Positions 9,072 through 19,074 of a DNA stretch of 64,000 nucleotides are shown here, in pieces (positions within the stretch are counted from its first letter, which is position 1; each line of letters opens with the position of its first letter). Origin of the DNA: a virus (Duplodnaviria > Caudoviricetes); the IMG/VR virus record IMGVR_UViG_3300048854_000081, positions 256,001-320,000 of that record. One strand, given 5' to 3'. Position numbers and translations under genes: made by a program. The notes beneath the pieces are model-generated. The model was not told where the DNA came from. It saw only the letters and a list, made by a program, of their open reading frames with translations, and searched no databases.

Positions 9072-10919
9072 ATGGCAAATAATTGTGCTGACGGCGTATA
9101 TAATATACATTATACGGATATATCTAAAAATCCCATCGTAGTAAACAAAAAGACATTGATCCAAGACGCCTTGGACATTACGTTGTTGGGTAAATCACGT
9201 AAGGAATATGGAGAATCGTTTGATGAGAATATTCTCCATATTCTTGAAAACTTCGCGTCTCCTGAAGATGCCAACAATCCGGGTACTCCGGATTTTTCGG
9301 CTGTCTATGCAAACCTACTAGAACACCCTACACAGGGTCAGTTATGGTATAATACTACTAAGCTAAGATTGTACGTTTATGATGGTCAACGTTGGATTGC
9401 GCATAGCACGTCCTCTGACATCGGCGGTAACAGCGGCATCATTGCCCACGGTCAACAGCTTCCACGACCAATCTCCCAAATTACAGGCTATCAGTTCACC
9501 TACGAAGAATGTAGCTGGATTGTAAGTCCATTCAACTTCCCCGATGAAGTTGACTATATGGTTTGCTATACTGATAGTAATGCTCTCGTAACCTCACAAT
9601 ACCGTATGGGCGATTTCCAGACGGAAACCAACGGTTATGCGTTCTATCAGATTCTTGGTATTAAGAACAATAATAGTGAAGGTACCGATGTTCCAGTGGT
9701 TCCACCATTGCCATCGCCTACACCACTACCAAACGTCTCTCCAACGCCTCAGCCGTCTCCGGGTAGTTCACCTAACCCAACCCCTACGGTAACGCCAACA
9801 ACGTCTCTATCGCCTTCTGTGACACGTACAGGAACCCCGGTTCCTTCCGTATCCGTAACGCCTACTCGTACTCCACCAGCGTCCCCAACTCCGACGCCAT
9901 CGACTACGCCAAGCGTACAAGCCCTTAGAGCTACATTGTACATTACCCCATCGAAGGGTTACCCAAGTGGTACGAACACACAGTTCCCATCGCCATGTAC
10001 CACGACGAACGCCAATGATTCGGCTTGCCTGTACAGCTTAGGATTAGTTGTACAGGAATTGTCTGGCGGTGTGGCTCCATATACTATCGATTTTAGTAAC
10101 GTTGGATTTAGCTCGTCTATCATTAATACATCAGGTGGATCGAACCCAGCTTCGGCAGTGGTCTATTCATTCGCTGGTGCCGCAGGTAGTGGAACCGCTC
10201 CGGTAAGAACAGGTGCAACCTCGACCAGCGTTCTAACCATGTCTGCCAAGATTACAGAAATTGGTGTTCTAGGATGCGATAACGGTCGCTGGACAATGGG
10301 TATCAATGCGAACAGCTTCGTCACGATCACAGATTCGCGTGGCGTTTCCCTAGTTCTATACACCCCATCTGGTTTGAGCGGTAACGTTTACGGTACTTCG
10401 TACACCACACCACAGGCAGCTTACTCCGACTCGTGGCTATCCGTACCAAACTGCCCAGCAGCGGCAGCAGCACCAACGAGTGGCGACGGTTGTGTAGCCG
10501 TTGAATCCATATTCCCAAGTGGTGAATTGGCCGGAAGCATGAATGTTGGTGATGTCATGGTAACCAATGATCCTTATGATTTCTTTGAATCGAATAATGA
10601 TCTTGTATCCTACGCCAAGACGAAGATACAGCAGTGCGTAAGAATCAAGACAGAATCGGGTGCATCACTAGTCTGTTCGGTAACCGCACCAATTCCTACA
10701 TTAGATAATGGCTATATGTTATCGCCAACTATATTAAATAGATCGGTTCCTGTAATGAGAAATAACATTACAAACTGGGAACTAGTAAATAACATTGAAT
10801 TCGTTGGTGAGAGAGAAGTCCGTCACATTACAGTAAGTGATAAGTGTTTTTGGGCTGGCGAAACTGAAGATGCTTTCATTCTCCACCACAACAAACTAGC
10901 AGATGATCAAGGGGCTTAA
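9072..10919 (+). CDS. virion (baseplate/tail-associated) protein with Pro/Thr linker and C-terminal Hint domain
   Basis: N-terminal LLGK..YGE...EN.LHILENFA...GQLWYN domain shared with two paralogs; PT linker; Hint C474-N607 (CVAVES...LHHN). Confidence 0.8.
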   Translation: MANNCADGVYNIHYTDISKNPIVVNKKTLIQDALDITLLGKSRKEYGESFDENILHILENFASPEDANNPGTPDFSAVYANLLEHPTQGQLWYNTTKLRLYVYDGQRWIAHSTSSDIGGNSGIIAHGQQLPRPISQITGYQFTYEECSWIVSPFNFPDEVDYMVCYTDSNALVTSQYRMGDFQTETNGYAFYQILGIKNNNSEGTDVPVVPPLPSPTPLPNVSPTPQPSPGSSPNPTPTVTPTTSLSPSVTRTGTPVPSVSVTPTRTPPASPTPTPSTTPSVQALRATLYITPSKGYPSGTNTQFPSPCTTTNANDSACLYSLGLVVQELSGGVAPYTIDFSNVGFSSSIINTSGGSNPASAVVYSFAGAAGSGTAPVRTGATSTSVLTMSAKITEIGVLGCDNGRWTMGINANSFVTITDSRGVSLVLYTPSGLSGNVYGTSYTTPQAAYSDSWLSVPNCPAAAAAPTSGDGCVAVESIFPSGELAGSMNVGDVMVTNDPYDFFESNNDLVSYAKTKIQQCVRIKTESGASLVCSVTAPIPTLDNGYMLSPTILNRSVPVMRNNITNWELVNNIEFVGEREVRHITVSDKCFWAGETEDAFILHHNKLADDQGA

Positions 10920-10924
10920 GGTAA

Positions 10925-12286
10925 ATGGATTATAATGTAAGATACACTGATACGTCGAAGAATCCTATTGTAATAGGAGAGGGTACCAAAGATGATTCTA
11001 CCCTTGACGTTACCTTATTCGGTCGTATCGATTTAGAATATGGTGAAGAATTAAACGAAGACATGCTTCATGTCTTGGAAAGATTCGCTTGTCCACAAGA
11101 TTCAGCCTCAACCCCAACCAATACTTTCCCTGATTATGTCATCAATGGTAACACATTACTACATCCGACTCCGGGTCAGTTGTGGTTCAATAGTACGGTT
11201 AAGAAAGTATTCGTATGGAATGGTGTTACTTGGGAAACTCTAAGAACTCAGGGCAGCGTTGCCGCTAACTGGGGTCAGATTCTTGACGGTGAATTGATGC
11301 CAAGACCGGTTAATCCGGCCAATGGCTATGTTTATGGTTACAATGAATGTATTTGGGCAGTCTCCCCAGCAACGTACCCATCAGCATTCACTTATATGGC
11401 TTGTACTACTGATAATAACGGTAGAGTAAGCATGCGCTATAGATCGTATGGTGATAATGTCATGACCTCTGGTCTGGCTAACTATTTAATTATCGCTATT
11501 GCCGGTAACGTGAACACAGGTTTGATTAACGTAACACCAGCTACACCTTACGTTTCACAGACTCCTACACCAACACCAACGGCATCTGTGACCCCAACCC
11601 CATCGATTACGCCTACACATACAGCAACACCAACCGCCACGATTACACCTACGAGAACTCCGGTTCCGTCACCAACACCAGCACCATCTAACACGCCAGT
11701 TCCATCCAATACGCCTGCGGCATCTAATACACCACAGCCAACACCGCCACAATCACCAACGCCTACACCATCACCATTCGTGAACTCATGTCAGCGTTGT
11801 CTTGCTATTCAAACTCGTTGTTGTGTATCGATTGACTCGCATTTACCTGATGGTAAGTTGGCTGGTGAAATCAAGGTCGGTGACGTTATGCATTTGGCCG
11901 ACGAAGAAACATTGGCACCATTTACTGGTGTCGTAAGCTACTCCGAACCTAGCCTACAGGATTCTGTAAGAATCACAACAGCTTCGGCTGCTGTTCTAGA
12001 TTGTTCCAAGACTGCTCCAATTCCAACCAAGCGTGGCATCACTCTATCACCAGATGTTCTAGGTGAATATGTTGCCGTTCAAAAGGATGGAAAGTCATTT
12101 TGGGATGAGGTTGTTTCGTTGGATGAACTTGGTGACATTTGGGTTCAGCATATTACCGTAGGCGATAAGAGTTTTTGGGCCGGTAAGAATGATAGTGCTT
12201 TCATTCTTCACCACAATATTAAATGTTGCTATTGCGGAGATAATCCGAATAGCGTCTGGACTCCACCTAACTGCTGCATAGATTAA
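10925..12286 (+). CDS. paralogous virion protein with Pro/Thr linker, Hint domain and Cys-rich tail
   Basis: Same N-terminal domain; Hint C300-N431 (CVSIDS...LHHN); 22-aa tail with 5 Cys. Confidence 0.8.
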   Translation: MDYNVRYTDTSKNPIVIGEGTKDDSTLDVTLFGRIDLEYGEELNEDMLHVLERFACPQDSASTPTNTFPDYVINGNTLLHPTPGQLWFNSTVKKVFVWNGVTWETLRTQGSVAANWGQILDGELMPRPVNPANGYVYGYNECIWAVSPATYPSAFTYMACTTDNNGRVSMRYRSYGDNVMTSGLANYLIIAIAGNVNTGLINVTPATPYVSQTPTPTPTASVTPTPSITPTHTATPTATITPTRTPVPSPTPAPSNTPVPSNTPAASNTPQPTPPQSPTPTPSPFVNSCQRCLAIQTRCCVSIDSHLPDGKLAGEIKVGDVMHLADEETLAPFTGVVSYSEPSLQDSVRITTASAAVLDCSKTAPIPTKRGITLSPDVLGEYVAVQKDGKSFWDEVVSLDELGDIWVQHITVGDKSFWAGKNDSAFILHHNIKCCYCGDNPNSVWTPPNCCID

Positions 12287-12291
12287 TAATT

Positions 12292-12498
12292 ATGGCTAAG
12301 AAAAAGAAAACTAACAAAACTGTTGATTATAAAGATATTATAACGACAAAAAACGAAGTAATCATCAATTTCTTCAAGGAACATTACCCATGTGAAACCT
12401 GCACGGACCAGTGTGCAGGACATGGCGGCGGTTGCGCTGCGATGGGTGGTGGTTGTTTGTGTAATGATGGTGTCTTCCTAGAGTGCCTAATAGGATAA
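12292..12498 (+). CDS. small basic/Cys-rich protein
   Basis: 68 aa; 7 Cys in the C-terminal half. Confidence 0.6.
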   Translation: MAKKKKTNKTVDYKDIITTKNEVIINFFKEHYPCETCTDQCAGHGGGCAAMGGGCLCNDGVFLECLIG

Positions 12499-12502
12499 TC
12501 AT

Positions 12503-12676
12503 ATGTTTTTAATAGTAAAGCAAGACACGAGCGTTATCATAGGTAGTGCTATCAAACCAATAAATATTGAAGAAGCCTCTTCTAAAGGATACATTATCTG
12601 CGAAATTCCAGATAATGAATTCGACCCTTCTATGCTAGGCAAGAAGATAGAAGAATTTGATAACTGGGAAAATTAA
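12503..12676 (+). CDS. small hypothetical protein (57 aa, not in the ORF track)
   Basis: AGGA RBS, MFLIVKQDTSVIIGSA...; TAATG overlap with the next gene. Confidence 0.6.
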   Translation: MFLIVKQDTSVIIGSAIKPINIEEASSKGYIICEIPDNEFDPSMLGKKIEEFDNWEN

Positions 12677-13863
12677 TGGCCTACACGATTGACTTTACGG
12701 ATAAGACCAAACAACCAATTGTTTTGGATGAAATGCAGACGGATAACACTACCGACATTACCTTGTTCGGTAGAAAGCGTTTGGCTTATGGTCAGGAATT
12801 GCAAGAGAACCTTTTGCATATTCTTGAGAACTTTGCTTGTCCTGAAGATAGCACCAATCCGGGTAATCCAGATTTAAACAAATCTTATGACGGTATCTTC
12901 CAGCATGTTGTGGAAGGTCAGTTTTGGTACAATTCTACCAAGAACGTTCTTAACTATTGGGATGGTACGCATTGGATTCCGTTAGCACGTCAGGATAGCG
13001 TTGCCGCTAACTGGGGTATTATCTCGGATGGTCAGTTCCTACCAAATCCAGTAAGTGAAATTACAGGTAAGGTATTCAATTATTCTGAATGCGTTTGGAT
13101 TGTAAGTCCATTTACCTTCCCACAAAAGATTGACTTCTTCCAGTGCTCGACAGATGCTAATGCACAGGTTACATCCAAGTATCGTATTGTTGGTAACAAT
13201 GATATTCTTCCGGGTATGGCTAACTATTTGATCGTTGGTATTGCTGGTAATGTTAATCAGCTACAGCCTACGATTCAGCCAAGTCATACACCAACACCTA
13301 CACCAACCTCTTCAACGGGTCAGTCGCCTACACCTACACCAACGCTTACCGCTTCGCATACTCCAACGGCATCGACCACACCAAGCCCAACGCCAGCCGT
13401 TTCAACGTCACCAAGCCCAACGCCATCCAGAACTCCGTTCCCATCAGGAACGCCTCAGGTAACGCCACAGCCTTCACCAACGCCATCGGTATCCTTGGCA
13501 CCATTGGTATTGACGATTCCAGCCAACAGCTTCGTAGCGGCATGTACGGGTCTTTCCACACAGAGTTGTGCACCAACCAAGTTGAGCACGTTGACAGCCA
13601 CAGGTGGTACGGCTCCATATACGTACACTTACCAGTTGGTCAGCGGCGACAACTTGAACGCCTTCGGTGCGTTTGGTACTCCAACCTCTGCACCTCTAAC
13701 GGTGAACTGGACAGGTCCAAATGCTAACATTGGTACGACCGATGACGGTACAGGCACACCACGTTATACTTCAGTATTCCAGTTCAAGGTCACGGATGCT
13801 ACAGGACAGGTTGCATTTACCAATTCTGTTACTGTACAATACAGATATATCCATACTGACTAA
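12676..13863 (+). CDS. third paralogous virion protein with Pro/Thr linker and Ig-like C-terminus (no Hint)
   Basis: Same N-terminal domain; ATGGTAPYTY...FKVTDATG Ig-like motif. Confidence 0.75.
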   Translation: MAYTIDFTDKTKQPIVLDEMQTDNTTDITLFGRKRLAYGQELQENLLHILENFACPEDSTNPGNPDLNKSYDGIFQHVVEGQFWYNSTKNVLNYWDGTHWIPLARQDSVAANWGIISDGQFLPNPVSEITGKVFNYSECVWIVSPFTFPQKIDFFQCSTDANAQVTSKYRIVGNNDILPGMANYLIVGIAGNVNQLQPTIQPSHTPTPTPTSSTGQSPTPTPTLTASHTPTASTTPSPTPAVSTSPSPTPSRTPFPSGTPQVTPQPSPTPSVSLAPLVLTIPANSFVAACTGLSTQSCAPTKLSTLTATGGTAPYTYTYQLVSGDNLNAFGAFGTPTSAPLTVNWTGPNANIGTTDDGTGTPRYTSVFQFKVTDATGQVAFTNSVTVQYRYIHTD

Positions 13864-14516
13864 TGATTAAGAAGATTAAAAATCTTAAGCTATCTGTAAC
13901 TGATGAGAAACTTAAGAATGATTGGAACGAGGTAAAATCTTATCGCAATCGCTTGTTGCAAAACAGCGATTGGATAAACATGGCTGATAACAATCTGGAA
14001 GAATCGATTGTGGAGGCATGGAAAGATTGGCGAGCCCGCGTTCGCCGTGTAGAAGAGTTCAAGGACTTACAGAAAGCTTATGCATATCTTGGTGACCTAC
14101 AGAACAATGTACCACCAGTAAAATATAAGAATTCTGATTATGCCTCAGTCGAGGCGTACAAGGTTGACTTGCACAAGCTTTTAAAGACTGCCATCAAGAA
14201 AGCAACCGATTCCACTTACGAAACCATGGATACCCGTGAATTGTTAATGGAACGATTTGAGGAAGCTCTTCGTTACATTGATGGGAAGACCGATCATAAT
14301 TTCCTAATAGAATTGGAAGTTGAGCGCACTGGTCTTCCCGTCGATGACGTGGTAGAACGCTTCCTTGAAGATAGAAAGAATTACCTAATTAAACTCATAA
14401 CCATTGAAAAGGTCAAGAATAAGTTTTTGAAACGTATTGAAACAGTTGAAAATAAAGATGACTGTGATAGTATACGTGATGATTTACTTATTCTAGGCTC
14501 TAAGAAATGGATATAG
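13863..14516 (+). CDS. tail-fibre assembly chaperone-like protein
   Basis: RNRLLQNSDW...AWKDWRARVR motif. Confidence 0.6.
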   Translation: MIKKIKNLKLSVTDEKLKNDWNEVKSYRNRLLQNSDWINMADNNLEESIVEAWKDWRARVRRVEEFKDLQKAYAYLGDLQNNVPPVKYKNSDYASVEAYKVDLHKLLKTAIKKATDSTYETMDTRELLMERFEEALRYIDGKTDHNFLIELEVERTGLPVDDVVERFLEDRKNYLIKLITIEKVKNKFLKRIETVENKDDCDSIRDDLLILGSKKWI

Positions 14517-15076
14517 ACATTGACCTCCGTCCCGACTTCATCCCCACTAAACTATTCAATACTGTAACCCAAGCATCTATGATCCAGAATAATATTCTGG
14601 TCAAGCATCCTGTGGGGGCATATTTTCAGAATATCCCAGTCGATCCAATCACTAAGCTTGCTGCGATTCCTTACAAGGAAGCAGAGGGCGAAGATTACTT
14701 TAAGATAGACTTCCTTAACAATACTGCACTCAACCCATTCACCTCAAAAGAGGAAATGAACCGTCTTCTGGATATTGATCCGGATTGGACGCTTCTGCTT
14801 GACCGTGATCATGTGGACAAGCTGTGGCATTTAGCGGGTCATTTTGATATTGTATATGACATCAAACCCAAGTCTGTATTGGAGATTGCTGACGCTATTG
14901 CATTCATTCGTCCGGGTAAAAGTAAGTTGATGGATAAATATCTAAAGAATAAGAAGCTGACTCGACCGGAATTGTATAAGACTTATGATAAGTCTCACAT
15001 GAAAAAGTCACACGCCGTGGCCTATGCGCTACTGGTCGTATTGCAGCTTCATTTGATAGATATGGGTAAATTATAA
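14507..15076 (+). CDS. DNA polymerase III alpha (DnaE)-like, catalytic C-terminal fragment
   Basis: Starts MDIDID; contains KHPVG, YFKIDFL, AFIRPG and KKSHAVAYAL. Confidence 0.87.
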   Translation: MDIDIDLRPDFIPTKLFNTVTQASMIQNNILVKHPVGAYFQNIPVDPITKLAAIPYKEAEGEDYFKIDFLNNTALNPFTSKEEMNRLLDIDPDWTLLLDRDHVDKLWHLAGHFDIVYDIKPKSVLEIADAIAFIRPGKSKLMDKYLKNKKLTRPELYKTYDKSHMKKSHAVAYALLVVLQLHLIDMGKL

Positions 15077-15435
15077 TGAATTTGATGAAAGACTTGATGG
15101 AAGCCAATTTACCTAACCTTACTGATAATCAGAAGGGTATGTTGATTTCTATTAAAACTTCGGCTACACCACAGCAAGCGATGGCTACGGCCAATGGTTC
15201 TCAAGTCTCTGTGGCTGCAAAGAACGATCTTACAAAGATGGGATTGGTTGCCCAGCAGGGCAATTATCTACAATTGACTCAGCAAGGTCAGAATGCCCTT
15301 CTATCGAATAATCTAATTGATGAAACTGGTGCAATAACTGAGGAAGGGCAAACTCAGTTAGATAACTTCGGTCGTAACAAGCAAGAGTACGTGAATCTTG
15401 AATCGTTCGACTTGATTAAATCGTTCTATCCGTAA
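15076..15435 (+). CDS. hypothetical protein, possible head-internal protein
   Basis: N-terminus MNLMKDLMEA; GATAAATA at 14933-14940. Confidence 0.6.
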   Translation: MNLMKDLMEANLPNLTDNQKGMLISIKTSATPQQAMATANGSQVSVAAKNDLTKMGLVAQQGNYLQLTQQGQNALLSNNLIDETGAITEEGQTQLDNFGRNKQEYVNLESFDLIKSFYP

Positions 15436-15850
15436 ATTCAATTCCCTTAGGGATCGATTTCTTCTTCCTACGCTTGACCTTAACTGGTCCCTGCATGTCA
15501 TACTTGTAGATAGGACCGATGACTCTTACGATGAAGTCAATCGAGAAGCATCGAATAATCTTTGACATATCCCTAGCAACATCATTCTTAAAGAATTCAA
15601 TTGAGATTGGATAAAGGTGTCTATTGTGTTCATACCAATGGTTCGCTATTTTAATGATCTTTTCTTCATCAATTTTCGCGTGCTGGCAAAAGTCTAGAAC
15701 GTAAGCGATTACTTGGTCATCATTAATATTGTCAACTATCGTGAGATAATTCTGGTCATTGTATTTGATTAGAGTGATGAACTCGTACCCATGATAATCC
15801 TTGGGATGTTCTTCTACAATAAGTGGTTGATAGTTTAAGTGTTTTTTCAT
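15416..15850 (-). CDS. hypothetical protein
   Basis: 144-aa ORF; AATAAATA late-type motif upstream (15869-15876). Confidence 0.7.
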   Translation of the reverse strand: MKKHLNYQPLIVEEHPKDYHGYEFITLIKYNDQNYLTIVDNINDDQVIAYVLDFCQHAKIDEEKIIKIANHWYEHNRHLYPISIEFFKNDVARDMSKIIRCFSIDFIVRVIGPIYKYDMQGPVKVKRRKKKSIPKGIEFTDRTI

Positions 15851-15897
15851 AGTTGTGATGTTTAATATTATTTATTCTTCAATTTTTCTTCATGTAA

Positions 15898-18800
15898 TTA
15901 CGTAGGGGTGGGAGTTAGCGTTGGTGTAACTGTGACACTTGGTGTTGGTGTAGGAGCAGCGGCAAATCCAGATGCTTGAGCATGGCCCAAGATTCTAGCG
16001 GATGACAATACTGAGCGATACATGGATACCATATCGATGTTACCGGTATAGTTTGGTGAGACACCAGCACCAATGAACTGACCGATTGAGAACTGTTGGG
16101 CTGCTCCACCACCAACATCAGGAGCACCGCCAGCATCAGTTGTAGCTATCAGTGAACCATTTTTATAGAATTTAATCTGGTTATTAATTACATCCAAGGT
16201 AATGGTTAATATTGCGGTTTCTGTTGCTGAAATAACACCCGATGATGTCTGTCTTACTATATAACCGAGTGTATTGGTTAAAAACTGTATACCCAAAGTT
16301 CCATCGGATAGTAGATACATAGCAATACCTTGACCGCTACCAACTGTAAAGTTACCCAAGTGCATGATACACATACCGTTGGATACTGCTGTAGCGATGC
16401 CGGTAGGATTGATAATTGCTTCAAACGTTACACCATCCTGTCCGGAGAATGATGTACCATAACTATTATTAATGGCAAAGCCATTATTCATCGTATAGCT
16501 ATGTCCACCATCGGGAGTTAATGGTGGCTGTAATACGGTCACATTCGTAGTGCTTGTAATATTTCTACCATTACCTGATGAGTCGGCAACTGAATTGACC
16601 ACCGAATCATCTAGCTTATAGAACGCAATTGGATTATCTGCCAATACTTGTGATGTATAAGATGCAGCATTAAAGTTTGAAACAGTTACAGAGATTGTTG
16701 GAGTGGTCGATGGGCTTGGGGTACGGGTCTTGGTTATTGATGGTGTAACCGTAATCGTCTTCGTCACCGAAGGAGTAACAGAAATTGTTTTCGTTATGGT
16801 CGGTGTCAATGATGGTGTGACGGAAAGCGTTGGCGTTAACGATACGGTTGGTGTAGGCGTAGACGTAGTGTATGGCGAGTTAATTGGAGCAAAGATCAAA
16901 GAGATATTGCTTGAATTGACTGTACCACCCGAGTACGTAGCATTGAGTGCAGTAGTGTCACCAGTATTGAGAACCTTGGTAGCCACGATGATGTTATTTG
17001 GATCGACATTTTGTGGACTTCTTAAGGTCCATGTACCATCACTCAAAGTAATAATATTTGGATTTACAGTACCAGTAGAAACACAGAAATCGACACCCAT
17101 TCTGCCATTACCCGATGATGTTACAGATGGGAATATAGACATGCTGGTTGGTGTGGTTGTGGTGTTAGCTGAAACATCAGAATGTTCAAGAATGATATCA
17201 CCAGTATTGGTCGTCATCGACAGCATGACAATACCCACACGCTGATTAAGCGATGGAGTACCCTGCCATTTAGCCGTCACGCTAAAGTTCGTACTCAAGT
17301 CAGCAGACGTAGCTTTCTTTCTGAAGACGGTTGCATATGATTTCATACCTTGATAAGCATCTGCAACGTTGTATACTGAGTATGATTCAGCAGTTGGTTC
17401 CCAGCCAGCAGTTACGGCAGCAAAGTCAGATGTAGTACCTGTATCGGTTGGTGCAGAACGCGATATCACACATGCAACCATGTAGTCACCAACCTGTGTA
17501 CCCGCTGGTACAGCACACGCTACAGTGGGTATGGTTCCATTAAATGTCTGCGTTGTTGCGAAACTGGTACCATTGAACGAAATCGCTCCTACTGGCGTTA
17601 CTGATGGAGTTATGGAAGGTGTAACAGAAATCGTTGGTGTGATCGATAAGGATGCGGTCACTGATGGAGTTTGCGACACTACCGGCGTGTGCGATGGCGT
17701 AATCGAAATGCTTGGTGTTACCGTGGCTGTAGTGGTTGGTGTGACGTTCGGTGTAACCGTTATCGATGTGGTAATGGTTGGGGTAACCGAAGGCGTCAAT
17801 GAATGCGTTGGAGTTACCGAAGCAGTTGGTGTCGGGGATGGAGTGGTTGAAATTGTTGGGGTGATTGTCACGGCTGGTGTTTCAATTACAAATTCACCAA
17901 CATTGCTGGTAAGGTCGAAGTTCAACAATGCAGTATCATCGCCATCAGCATTATTCTGCGTTACAGTAGTTGAGTTAACCCAAATGCTCTTTGAGCCAGT
18001 AGACTGACCTCCGACATTAACGAAGTCGGTACCAGATGATTGCATGGTACCGCCCTTGTAGGTTTCAAAGGTCCAAAGAATATTACCGTCAACACGAGTG
18101 GAGAACCACAAGTTACGTAATCTAATTACGATATTGTTGGTATCTGGATAGTCGGTCTTGAGGTTAGCAAAATTGATTAACACGGCTTCTGTACCGGTTG
18201 GGGTAATATTATCGCCACCCCATGTTAGATAAGTGCCATCGGTATTGCTTCGTCTCCAACCCACGTCAATATTTCTAGGTGGTGTGGTAATCGCGACACG
18301 CATGTCAGCGTCGGTACCATTATTCACACCCCACGACATTCTTAGTACAGCGTAATCAAAATCTGTCGGGAATGCGTTCTGTGAGGTTGAAACTGTAATT
18401 GAAGGGGTTGGTGTTGGGGTAGCCGTATTCGTAGCCGTAATGGACGGCGTAGTGGAAATAGTTGGAGTTGGGGTTGCGGTTGAGCCTGAAGTACTGGTGA
18501 CGGACGGCGTTAGCGTTAGACTGGGAGACACCGTATTGGTTGGTGTCACAGTAGGCATTGCAGTCATCGTTACTGAAGCCGTGGCAGTAACCGTAGGAGT
18601 AACTGAGCTTGTCGCTGTAACCGTTGGTGTAACTGTTGAGGTAGTTGTAGCAGTTGGTGTAGGTGATGCTGTGACTGATGCTGTCAAGGTTGGAGTAACA
18701 GTCGGAGTTGCAGTATTCGATGTTGTAACGGTCGGTGTAGGAGTCGGTGAAGGATTAGGGCTTTGATCAAAGACTACAATCAAGGCTTCACCAACGATAG

Positions 18801-19053
18801 GTGTAGTGAAGGTAATCGTTATTGTATTCAGGTCAGTGATTTGTAGCTTATCTGGTACAATCTTCCCACCGTGTATATCCTTAACTTCAACCACCAGCCT
18901 ATCAGAATGAGTATTGTGTGGAATTATCCACGTGGAAGAGGCTACATTTTGAACATATTTGAATTGTGCGTAAGCACTGTTAACAGCTTTCTCTAAGATA
19001 AGCTTATTACCAGTCTTCAAATCTAGATATACTACGCTATGTGTTTGACTCAT
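15898..19053 (-). CDS. large Thr/Pro-rich virion appendage protein with C-terminal LamG/ConA-like lectin domain
   Basis: Four TP/TS tracts separating beta domains; DNPIAFYKLDD...ADSSGNG...FYKNGSL...GNIDMVSMYRSVLS LamG pattern. Confidence 0.75.
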   Translation of the reverse strand: MSQTHSVVYLDLKTGNKLILEKAVNSAYAQFKYVQNVASSTWIIPHNTHSDRLVVEVKDIHGGKIVPDKLQITDLNTITITFTTPIVGEALIVVFDQSPNPSPTPTPTVTTSNTATPTVTPTLTASVTASPTPTATTTSTVTPTVTATSSVTPTVTATASVTMTAMPTVTPTNTVSPSLTLTPSVTSTSGSTATPTPTISTTPSITATNTATPTPTPSITVSTSQNAFPTDFDYAVLRMSWGVNNGTDADMRVAITTPPRNIDVGWRRSNTDGTYLTWGGDNITPTGTEAVLINFANLKTDYPDTNNIVIRLRNLWFSTRVDGNILWTFETYKGGTMQSSGTDFVNVGGQSTGSKSIWVNSTTVTQNNADGDDTALLNFDLTSNVGEFVIETPAVTITPTISTTPSPTPTASVTPTHSLTPSVTPTITTSITVTPNVTPTTTATVTPSISITPSHTPVVSQTPSVTASLSITPTISVTPSITPSVTPVGAISFNGTSFATTQTFNGTIPTVACAVPAGTQVGDYMVACVISRSAPTDTGTTSDFAAVTAGWEPTAESYSVYNVADAYQGMKSYATVFRKKATSADLSTNFSVTAKWQGTPSLNQRVGIVMLSMTTNTGDIILEHSDVSANTTTTPTSMSIFPSVTSSGNGRMGVDFCVSTGTVNPNIITLSDGTWTLRSPQNVDPNNIIVATKVLNTGDTTALNATYSGGTVNSSNISLIFAPINSPYTTSTPTPTVSLTPTLSVTPSLTPTITKTISVTPSVTKTITVTPSITKTRTPSPSTTPTISVTVSNFNAASYTSQVLADNPIAFYKLDDSVVNSVADSSGNGRNITSTTNVTVLQPPLTPDGGHSYTMNNGFAINNSYGTSFSGQDGVTFEAIINPTGIATAVSNGMCIMHLGNFTVGSGQGIAMYLLSDGTLGIQFLTNTLGYIVRQTSSGVISATETAILTITLDVINNQIKFYKNGSLIATTDAGGAPDVGGGAAQQFSIGQFIGAGVSPNYTGNIDMVSMYRSVLSSARILGHAQASGFAAAPTPTPSVTVTPTLTPTPT

Positions 19054-19074
19054 TAGGCTCTTCCGTAACTCTAA

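Noticed and set aside
10491-12217. Calling the Hint domains canonical mobile inteins
   Set aside because: No endonuclease, no +1 nucleophile, block-B His missing, and position at the extreme C-terminus.
4972-14507. Intron or split intein joining the DnaE fragments
   Set aside because: The intervening DNA is ordinary genes; the fragments have their own starts and stops and no intein termini.
16703-18766. Val/Gly-rich plus-strand ORFs (also 9749-9943 and 61695-62015 on the minus strand)
   Set aside because: Antisense shadows of Thr/Pro codon tracts, which lack stops in the complementary frame.
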